In this document: positions 50,916 to 58,975 of the stretch, piece after piece
Layout: every line of letters begins with the position of its first letter
Numbering within the stretch: position 1 is the stretch's first letter
From: an uncultured Nitrospinaceae bacterium
GTDB lineage: Bacteria; UBA8248
Reading direction: 5' to 3'
DNA length: 61,723 nt
NCBI GenBank assembly: GCA_964005815.1
Contig: CAXFSR010000022.1
Coordinates: 1 to 61,723, forward strand
Position numbers and translations under genes: made by a program
The notes under the pieces: generated by a model
The model's database searches: none
The model's input: only the letters and a program-made list of their open reading frames with translations
What the model was told of the DNA's origin: nothing

Positions 50916-51449
50916 ATGAATGGAAATAAATTTCCTATATTTGATCCAACAGTAGAAATGAATACAAATGAAGAGAACCCCGCAATAAGAAAATCCGATT
51001 TAAACAAAAAAAAATGCGGCCTTCTTTGGAATTCAAAAATAGGCGGCGATAAACTCATGCATTTTGTCCTTGCGGAACTCGAAAAAAAGGGCATAACACC
51101 ATCTGAAATAGTAGAATTAAAAAAAGAATACGATACACGTCCCGCTAAGAGAAAGATGTATGAAGAGATGGCAGAAAAATGTGATTTTGTAATCACAGCT
51201 GTCGGTGATTGAGGATCTTGCTCATCGTGCAGTGTGCACGATGGAATAGAGCTAGAAAAACTCGGAATACCAACAGCTGTGATATGTACTGAACCATTTC
51301 GGAATACTGCGGAAGTAGTTGCAAAAATAAGGGGAATGGAAAACTATCCTATAGCATACATTCCACATCCTGTAGGGAGTTTAAATGAAGATCAACTAAG
51401 AGAACGTGCAAAAGAAGTCACTCCCAAAATTCTTAAAATACTCACTTAA
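50916..51449 (+). CDS. UGSC-family selenoprotein, 177 aa (Sec at TGA 51210-51212)
   Basis: ORFs 50916-51212 and 51234-51449 are in one frame: TAVGD-U-GSCSSCSVHDGIELEKLGIPTAV; perfect hairpin after the TGA. Confidence 0.9.
51223..51243 (+). promoter_or_regulatory. Candidate bacterial SECIS element
   Basis: Perfect 9-bp stem CATCGTGCA-GTG-TGCACGATG starting 10 nt after the TGA; loop begins with GU. Confidence 0.8.
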
Positions 51450-51455
51450 ACCAAA

Positions 51456-52331
51456 TTATTTTCCAGAGCTTTTTTCAAAAAATTCTCTTATCGCTGCTTG
51501 ATCATCATTACCAAAACCAAGTGCCGAGGTAGATTTAAAAACTTGCCATGCAAGTGCAGCAAAATTAGTAGGCATGTTCACATGAGACGCCATCTCAGCC
51601 ACCAAACCTAAATCCTTTTTCATAAGATCAACTTTAAACGTTGGAGTATAGTCTTTATTTGCAAGGGCATCCCCTTTCAAATCAAAAACTCTGGGATGAG
51701 AACTAGTTTTAAAGTAATCAATCATTTCCACTGGATCCAAGCCAGATTTCATTCCTAAAACTAATCCTTCAGAAATAGCACACATAAATATAGAAAATAT
51801 TTGATTCGCTACCAGTTTCATCTTCAAGGCAGTACCATTTTCTCCAAAATAATGTACAGTTTTTCCAAGCGTTTCTAAAACATCCTTATTTTTTTCAAAA
51901 GCGTTTTTATCACCCCCAACCATAACGTGAAGATCCCCAGTAATAGCCTGTGGCTCACTTCCCCCTACTGGAGTATCTAGAAAAATGACTCCTCTTTTTT
52001 TAGCTTCCTCAGCTACTTCGCAACTTCCTTCAGGTGAGATTGTAGAAAAATCAAAACAAACCGTCCCTTCAGATGCAGTCGATAATGCCCCACTACTTGA
52101 AAGATATGTCTCTTTGACATGTTCTGTTCTGGGAACAGAACTACAAATCACATCAACATTTACAGCTGCTTCTCCTGCACTAGAAAAAACTTCGACACCA
52201 AAACTCGAGGCATTGTCTCTAGCTTTTTGAGCTGGATCAAATCCATTAACAGTATAACCAGCATCCACTAAATTTCGTGCCATAGCTCTACCCATAGTTC
52301 CTAAACCTAAATATGCAATCTTTTTAGACAT
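51456..52331 (-). CDS. Beta-hydroxyacid dehydrogenase (3-hydroxyisobutyrate DH family)
   Basis: LGLGTMG, DTPVGG, MKLVAN, KKDLGL. Confidence 0.9.
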   Translation of the reverse strand: MSKKIAYLGLGTMGRAMARNLVDAGYTVNGFDPAQKARDNASSFGVEVFSSAGEAAVNVDVICSSVPRTEHVKETYLSSSGALSTASEGTVCFDFSTISPEGSCEVAEEAKKRGVIFLDTPVGGSEPQAITGDLHVMVGGDKNAFEKNKDVLETLGKTVHYFGENGTALKMKLVANQIFSIFMCAISEGLVLGMKSGLDPVEMIDYFKTSSHPRVFDLKGDALANKDYTPTFKVDLMKKDLGLVAEMASHVNMPTNFAALAWQVFKSTSALGFGNDDQAAIREFFEKSSGK

Positions 52332-52453
52332 CCACTAACCTTTCCATAAGAATGATATGAAAATGAAAAAAGAACTTTAAAATTATGAAAAATACTCTCT
52401 ATTATCTTTAGAGAAAGTCTATACCAATAAAAAATATCTGTATTTACACTAGA

Positions 52454-53530
52454 TTATCTTACTCTAGCTCCATCAGAGTCAAAAACGTAAAGACGATCTT
52501 TAGGAAACTGAACAGCGACAAGATCTCCAGATTGAATTTCTGTCGAGCCTTCTACGACCGCTATTAGGTGACGATCAGAATCATGAGCAAAATATAATAA
52601 AGTATCTTTTCCCATAGGTTCTACCAAAGTAACAGATAACTTAATATCAGAATCACTATCACTTACTTTAATACTTTCAGGCCTAACACCAATACAATGA
52701 CTTCCCTCTCTTAGACCTTCTAATTGTGGCAAATCTAGAGATAGACCACATCCTTCAAAAACAAAAGACTCTTGAGAGGAATTTCTTCTAATCTGTCCAT
52801 CAATCAAGTTCATAGATGGACTGCCAAAAAAGTCAGCAACGAAATAAGAACTTGGATCACCATAAATTTCCATAGGTGTCCCCTGTTGTTCAATTTCACC
52901 TGCACGCATAACAACAATTCTATCTGCAAGAGTCATCGCCTCTTCTTGATCATGAGTAACATAAACAAATGTTTTCTTAAGTTCCTGATGTAATCGGTCA
53001 ATTTCTGCTCTCATTTCTCTCCGAAGTTTCGCATCCAAACTAGAAAGTGGTTCATCTAGAAGAAATGATCCTGGCTCAGTAATTAATGTTCTAGCTAACG
53101 CAACTCTTTGTGCCTCACCACCAGAACATTGGGATGGTAATTTATTAAGTAACGGTGTTATATGAACCATTTCGGCGACTTCCTCTACCCTTTTTTTTCT
53201 TTTGTCTAATGGCATTTTTTTCATACGAGGGCCAAATTCTATATTCTCAAAAACCGTCTTATGTGGAAATAAGGCATGACTTTGGAAAACCATTCCTAAA
53301 TTTCTATCCTTAGGATCTAGATCGTTAACTATGACATCATCAATAATAACCTCTCCCGCAGTAGGCTCTTCAAAACCTGCAATCATTCTTAATGTTGTAG
53401 TTTTTCCACATCCAGAAGGTCCAACCAAAACTATAAACTCCCCTTCTTGAATAACTAAATCTAAATTTTTAACTGCTTCAATATTTTGCCCGAAAACTTT
53501 ACGCAAACTTTTCAATTCTATCTGAGACAT
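52454..53530 (-). CDS. CUT1-type ABC transporter ATP-binding protein
   Basis: GPSGCGKTT, CSGGEAQR, LLDEP, YVTHDQEEAMT; TOBE tail. Confidence 0.96.
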   Translation of the reverse strand: MSQIELKSLRKVFGQNIEAVKNLDLVIQEGEFIVLVGPSGCGKTTTLRMIAGFEEPTAGEVIIDDVIVNDLDPKDRNLGMVFQSHALFPHKTVFENIEFGPRMKKMPLDKRKKRVEEVAEMVHITPLLNKLPSQCSGGEAQRVALARTLITEPGSFLLDEPLSSLDAKLRREMRAEIDRLHQELKKTFVYVTHDQEEAMTLADRIVVMRAGEIEQQGTPMEIYGDPSSYFVADFFGSPSMNLIDGQIRRNSSQESFVFEGCGLSLDLPQLEGLREGSHCIGVRPESIKVSDSDSDIKLSVTLVEPMGKDTLLYFAHDSDRHLIAVVEGSTEIQSGDLVAVQFPKDRLYVFDSDGARVR

Positions 53531-53534
53531 TGGA

Positions 53535-54446
53535 TTACCTCTTCACCATTCCAAAAGTAAAACCTCTAACGAGATGTTTACGAATAAAAATTCCTATTAG
53601 CATTAATGGAAATGTAATACCTACCGCAAGAGCAGATTGCGTTCCATACATCCTACCTTCAGTTGAACCCTCATATTTACTTAATTGAACAGGCAATGTC
53701 ACTACATCAACTTTAGATAGAATAAATGACATTAAATATTCACTCCAAGTTAGAATAAGAATAAACATAAATGTGGCAACAACCCCAGAACGAACAAGTG
53801 GAAAAACAACCTCTACAATTGTCCTCCATCTAGTAGCCCCTAACAGTTCTGCTGCTTGTTCTATCTCTCTTGGCACTTCATCTATAAAACTTTTGGTCAT
53901 CCAAACTGCATAAGGAAGAGTTGTAATGAAATAGATTAAGACAAGGCCTGTAACACTATCCATAAGATTAAGAGTCGTATAATACAGAGTTAAAGGCGCA
54001 GCTACTACTATAGGCGGAATCATTCTGAGCATCAGCAACTGAAACATCCGAACTTCAGATAAAATTTGGAAACGAGAGACCCCGTAAGCGATAATCGTTC
54101 CAAAAGCAACTGTTAAAGAGGTAGAAATCAAGGCTATCAAAAGACTATTTCCAAAAGCTTTCCAAGCTTTATTCATTGAAACTGATTCAGGTCTGGCATC
54201 TTTCGCTTTATCGTAAATCTGTGTTGCCTCCTTAACTGTTTTTTCTCCGATGCCCCAAACTTCTCGATAATTTTCCAGTGTTGGCTCTTGTGAAACATAA
54301 ACTACAGGCCAAGAAGTCCATTGATGTGCGGGTTTGAAAGAAGTTGCTACAATCCAAAAGATTGGGAACCCAGCAATTAACGTCCATATCCCTAACATAA
54401 AATATCGAAATATTGGATACCTCGACTTTTTGATGTACTTAATCAT
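53535..54446 (-). CDS. Carbohydrate ABC transporter permease (MalG-like)
   Basis: EIEQAAELLGA EAA loop; LTWSEY; TM helices. Confidence 0.93.
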   Translation of the reverse strand: MIKYIKKSRYPIFRYFMLGIWTLIAGFPIFWIVATSFKPAHQWTSWPVVYVSQEPTLENYREVWGIGEKTVKEATQIYDKAKDARPESVSMNKAWKAFGNSLLIALISTSLTVAFGTIIAYGVSRFQILSEVRMFQLLMLRMIPPIVVAAPLTLYYTTLNLMDSVTGLVLIYFITTLPYAVWMTKSFIDEVPREIEQAAELLGATRWRTIVEVVFPLVRSGVVATFMFILILTWSEYLMSFILSKVDVVTLPVQLSKYEGSTEGRMYGTQSALAVGITFPLMLIGIFIRKHLVRGFTFGMVKR

Positions 54447-54452
54447 TAAATA

Positions 54453-55418
54453 CTAACTCCCGGAACTATGAACTGAATAAAGTGTATCCATCGACTGTTT
54501 TTCTTTTCTAAGAATTCTAATTGCAAAAAGAATCACAAAAATCATTATTATCATAACAACATATGAAGTAGCAGCAGCTTTGGAAATATCAAAAAACTGC
54601 CATGTTATCAGATACAGATAAATAGGAATTGTTTCTGTAGCTGAGCCTGGTCCTCCTTGAAGTAAACCCCAAGTTTTTGGAAATTCAGCCATTGCTTCAA
54701 GAAATCTAAGAATTAAGGCCAAAAAGATCACTGGTCTTAAAAGTGGCAATTGGATTTCCATAAAGATTTTAAGACGATTAGCTCCAAGTATACGAGCCGC
54801 CTCCAAAGGTTCTTTTGGTATAGAAGATAAACCTGCGATTAATATAATAAATGTAAAGGGAGTCCAATTCCATATTTCTAGCATGACAACTGTAAAAATT
54901 GCAAAATCAGGATTAGAAAGCCAAGTAAATCTCATCTCAGTTCCAAAAATCGTACTCAAAAAACCATTGATAGGTCCAGCTCTATAAAGAAGCATGTCAC
55001 AAGTGTAGGCGATTACTATAGGCACGGTTAACATAGGTAGAATGAAAACTATATAAAAGAACCCATGTCCGCGAAAAGGCCTATACATTAAAAGTGCAAG
55101 AATCAAACCAAAGACGAAACATCCTATGGTCGATAAACTCGCAAAAAGCAGAGATCTTGCAACAGCCCAAAAAAAACGCTTATCTTGGAGTGCCTCTTGA
55201 AAAAGCTCAATGCCTACGTATTCTGCAGCGGACCAACTTGAAAGATAAATTGTCCACGAATGAAACGCAAAATATAGCTGAAGAATAAAAACAGGCAACA
55301 AAAAAAGAGCGAGGCAAACTAAAGGACTTAAAAGTGTCCACTTAAAAAGTCTTATTCCTGAGGAACGACTAGAAATTTTTTGAAGATCACTTGCCTGACC
55401 TGGAATTGATTGTGCCAT
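54453..55418 (-). CDS. Carbohydrate ABC transporter permease (MalF-like)
   Basis: WNWTPF, EAARILGA, GGPGSATET. Confidence 0.93.
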   Translation of the reverse strand: MAQSIPGQASDLQKISSRSSGIRLFKWTLLSPLVCLALFLLPVFILQLYFAFHSWTIYLSSWSAAEYVGIELFQEALQDKRFFWAVARSLLFASLSTIGCFVFGLILALLMYRPFRGHGFFYIVFILPMLTVPIVIAYTCDMLLYRAGPINGFLSTIFGTEMRFTWLSNPDFAIFTVVMLEIWNWTPFTFIILIAGLSSIPKEPLEAARILGANRLKIFMEIQLPLLRPVIFLALILRFLEAMAEFPKTWGLLQGGPGSATETIPIYLYLITWQFFDISKAAATSYVVMIIMIFVILFAIRILRKEKQSMDTLYSVHSSGS

Positions 55419-55442
55419 TTTAGATTCTTTATATTATCTGTG

Positions 55443-55476
55443 ATATGTGTACCTGGTTTAAGCCAAGTACACATAT
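55443..55476 (-). other. Intercistronic stem-loop after the substrate-binding protein gene
   Basis: ATATGTGTACTTGG-loop-CCAGGTACACATAT, 14-bp stem with one G-U pair, no U-tract. Confidence 0.65.
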
Positions 55477-55513
55477 TCAACAGAAAAAACTAGTCAAGAA
55501 TTAATGCATCAGA

Positions 55514-56962
55514 TTATGATGGAACATTAACCTTAGGCATCATTCCTTTGTAATAAGGAATTTCCTTTTTAATTGTTCGTTTTCCTATCTTACGAACAAT
55601 TTTTGACCAACGGGATTGCATATCTTGTAGAGCTTGTTTCCCAGATTTTTGGCCGTTATAAGCTTCAGAGAGATTCTTGTCCACTGCTTCTTTAAATTCA
55701 TGATATCCAGTCAAATAAGGAGGTGGAGTGGTCACTTGTAGACAATCATGTACTGCCTTCATCCCCTGTTTAGTGTATACGTCTAGCGTACTTTTAGCAT
55801 TCATATGTCCAGGATGCCATGGATCGTGGAAAGTCATAGTTGGGTGACCAACAACACTTGTGCTATTTTTTAAGGTGCTCATATAAAGAGCCCAATGCGC
55901 TGCCTGTCTTTTTCTAGGACTATATTTATTAACCACAATTCCCATTACCGGTGCAGAAAAAGCTCTATGAATCAACTTTCCTGAAAATTTAGACCCTGGA
56001 ACTAAACCATAATAAAATTTCCCGCGAGTTGGAGATTTAGCAGTTGGACTTTCTATTTTCGCAATTATTCCATCCCAATACTGACATGAGAATATTTTTC
56101 CACCAACTAATCTCGGTATCATCTGAGGCGAACCCCAAGCAGAGGCTTCTGGATGAGAAACTTGTTTAAGTGCAAGAAAAGTATCAATAGCATAATGCGC
56201 AGCAGGAGTAGTCAATTGAGGCTCTGCATCATCAGTAATAGGAAACCCGCCAGCAGCATATAAATACTGCCAAAACCAAAAACTACTATTAGCTTTATCT
56301 CTTAAACCACCCCAGCCATACAATTCTTTGTCTGGTCGGTGAAAAAACTTAGCCATTTCAAGCTCATCTTCAAACGTTACTGGCCATTTTAGTTCTTTCC
56401 CATGTTTATCCGCAAACTTCTTTCTTTCATCAGGATCATCAAAAAGATCTTTTCTTATAAAATGTGGACAAACGTTACCGTCAGTTGGCATAGCATAAGT
56501 AACACCTTTATACTGCATAAATTTTTCAAAGTTCCCCACCATCTTTAAGTCAAAATTGGCATCCTTCATATAACCATCAAGAGGTTCAGCAAGACCAGCT
56601 GCTACAAGCGAAGGAATCATCATTGATTCAACATGGAAAATGTCAAACTTTCCTGAACGACTTATTGCTTCAGCCATTGCACGCTGAGGAATAAGAAGAT
56701 TTGGCACATCATTCACTTTTGCCATATAACTACCAGTTGCTTTTTGATATTCTTTATTTAATTTAGGATAGTTTCTCCAATACAAAGACCACATCATTCC
56801 ATTCATTGCAGCCGGCTGTAGTCTCTTAGCTGAACTAATAATTTTATCTTCCTCTGGTCCAGCTGAAGCCGTTCCTACTTTCCCAAGTAAACCTGAACCA
56901 ACAGCGGCCGCCCCTAAACCTGCTTTTAAAATATTACGTCTTTTGATTTTTTTGTTTGCCAT
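55514..56962 (-). CDS. Tat-exported ABC substrate-binding protein (family 1)
   Basis: KRRNILK twin-arginine signal; FIRKDLF, WPVTFED; first gene of ABC operon. Confidence 0.9.
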   Translation of the reverse strand: MANKKIKRRNILKAGLGAAAVGSGLLGKVGTASAGPEEDKIISSAKRLQPAAMNGMMWSLYWRNYPKLNKEYQKATGSYMAKVNDVPNLLIPQRAMAEAISRSGKFDIFHVESMMIPSLVAAGLAEPLDGYMKDANFDLKMVGNFEKFMQYKGVTYAMPTDGNVCPHFIRKDLFDDPDERKKFADKHGKELKWPVTFEDELEMAKFFHRPDKELYGWGGLRDKANSSFWFWQYLYAAGGFPITDDAEPQLTTPAAHYAIDTFLALKQVSHPEASAWGSPQMIPRLVGGKIFSCQYWDGIIAKIESPTAKSPTRGKFYYGLVPGSKFSGKLIHRAFSAPVMGIVVNKYSPRKRQAAHWALYMSTLKNSTSVVGHPTMTFHDPWHPGHMNAKSTLDVYTKQGMKAVHDCLQVTTPPPYLTGYHEFKEAVDKNLSEAYNGQKSGKQALQDMQSRWSKIVRKIGKRTIKKEIPYYKGMMPKVNVPS

Positions 56963-57225
56963 TAAGAATCCTCCGGAAAAAAGTTGACTGGCATCTAAAC
57001 CCGAGTAAAACTACTAATACGGATTTGTTAAAAAACATAAAAATATCTTCTATATTTTAAAGCGTATGTAAATCATAAAACGTAGTCAAGTATCTAAAAT
57101 AACACCTAATTTTCAGAAATCCTGATGATAAATATCTTTCGCAAATCGTATAAATCGTCTAACATGCCTCAAAATATAAATATCTTAATTTAAATGTATA
57201 AAATCAAAATTACGAGGATTGAAAG

Positions 57226-58020
57226 ATGCCAAAAATTCAGGTCAATGATGTAGAGCTTTATTATGAAGAACACGGTCAAGGAACACCCGTTATTCTAATT
57301 CATGGTCTAGCTGGAGATTGCAGTGCATGGAACGCACAAATAGAAAGACTCAAACCTCACTTTCGAGTTATTCCTTATGACAACCGCGGGGCAGGAAGGA
57401 GTTCAGCTCCAGATTATCCATATACAACAGCAAAATTTGCTGAAGATACCATAGGTTTAATGGACGCACTTGGTATTAGTGAACCCGCGCACATTATTGG
57501 AAGATCTATGGGTGGTGCTGTAGCACAAGAAATTGCACTCGGTTATCCAGAACGCACAAGAAGCATGATAATCACAGCATCATTTGGAAAGTTAGATAGG
57601 TATGGATATCAAATTTTGCACAATATAAATGAAGTTGTAAAAAATCAGGGGTATGCTCTTGCATCAAAAATTCAATCTTTATGTTTTTTCCCTCCTACTT
57701 ATTTTAATGAGAATGAAGAACAAATGCTTAAATTTGAAGAAGGTCTAGCGATCACAGACAGACCTATTCATGGTTATACAAATTCAACTTATGCATGTTT
57801 AAATCATGATGCATTGGACAGACTACCGGAAGTTAAATGTCCTACTCTTGTAATGGCAGGTGGGCAGGATGTCTTATGTTCCACAGATGCTTCTAGAGAA
57901 ATTGCAGAAAAAATTCCTAACTGCAAATTAAAGGTTTATGAAGAAGCTAGTCATTTCTTCTTAATTCAATGTTTTGAAGAGTCTATGAAAGATATAGAAG
58001 AATTCCTTTTAGAGAACTAG
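57226..58020 (+). CDS. Alpha/beta hydrolase (PcaD/RutD-like)
   Basis: IHGL, DNRGAGRS, GRSMGG, D, SH. Confidence 0.92.
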   Translation: MPKIQVNDVELYYEEHGQGTPVILIHGLAGDCSAWNAQIERLKPHFRVIPYDNRGAGRSSAPDYPYTTAKFAEDTIGLMDALGISEPAHIIGRSMGGAVAQEIALGYPERTRSMIITASFGKLDRYGYQILHNINEVVKNQGYALASKIQSLCFFPPTYFNENEEQMLKFEEGLAITDRPIHGYTNSTYACLNHDALDRLPEVKCPTLVMAGGQDVLCSTDASREIAEKIPNCKLKVYEEASHFFLIQCFEESMKDIEEFLLEN

Positions 58021-58898
58021 ATTAATTTCATAACAATCAAAATTCCACCTGAAACAATGAAAACGGTTCCAATTAAAATTGGAACCGTTACTCTTTCAAC
58101 ATCTCTTAGAAGAAGCCAACTCATAAATAGAGCAAAAAAAGGTGCCGTGGCCGAAAGTGGTGAAACGACTGTCAGATCTCCATAAACAAGTGCAGCATAA
58201 TGACTCAAAAATGCGAGAGTATTAATTAAACCACTCATCCCATATAGCCACCACGATCTACCCCAAGAGAGATCAGGTTTATTTTCTTTACTTGAAAATA
58301 AACTTAAGAACCAAAGGAAGAACAACCCTGAGATACTAGTAATTGTTATTCCAAGAATTGGAGAAGGAACGATGTCTACACCTAATTTTCTAAAAATATT
58401 TGAGACCGAAAAACCAAGAACTGACATAATTGGCAGTAAAAGTGAAATTCTCCTCCACTCTATGTCCTTCTTAGTTTTCAATGAAAGAGTAGCACCACCA
58501 ACAACAACTAGTAATGTTCCTAGCCAAATATAAGGTCCTGGTCTCTCTCCTAAAAATAAAAAAGCAAAAAAAGCAGAAAAGAGAGGATTCATCGAAAGCA
58601 TTGGGGAAGCCCTTGAAACTCCCAACTGATGAATAGCTCTAAACATAAACAGACGACCAAGAGAAGGACCACTTAATCCACTTAAAGCAAATAGAAGAAA
58701 GGCTTTCGGATTCCACCAACTATCTTGCCACAATATAAAAGTTGCCAAGCATAACCACGGAATATTTACAATTAGTCCAATAACTACACCAGTAAATGCA
58801 GAACCGTGATTTTGTGCTCTTCTAACTATAAGACTAAAAGTCGCTGCGCCAACTGCAGTAGTTAGAGCATAAAAAACAGATAATAAATTATCAGTCAC
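58017..58898 (-). CDS. EamA/DMT family transporter
   Basis: About 10 TM helices in two repeats; LGERP, DVERVT. Confidence 0.88.
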   Translation of the reverse strand: MTDNLLSVFYALTTAVGAATFSLIVRRAQNHGSAFTGVVIGLIVNIPWLCLATFILWQDSWWNPKAFLLFALSGLSGPSLGRLFMFRAIHQLGVSRASPMLSMNPLFSAFFAFLFLGERPGPYIWLGTLLVVVGGATLSLKTKKDIEWRRISLLLPIMSVLGFSVSNIFRKLGVDIVPSPILGITITSISGLFFLWFLSLFSSKENKPDLSWGRSWWLYGMSGLINTLAFLSHYAALVYGDLTVVSPLSATAPFFALFMSWLLLRDVERVTVPILIGTVFIVSGGILIVMKLI

Positions 58899-58975
58899 AG
58901 GATTTTTTCTTTCTTTCGAGAAAAAACATCAGTTCTAATTAAAAATAATAGGAAACACAGTCAGAACTTATTATG

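Noticed and set aside
50903..51196. Antisense ORFs in the track (e.g. 937-1230, 10281-10568, 19673-20038, 50526-50863, 50903-51196)
   Set aside because: Shadow frames opposite well-supported genes, with no recognisable motifs
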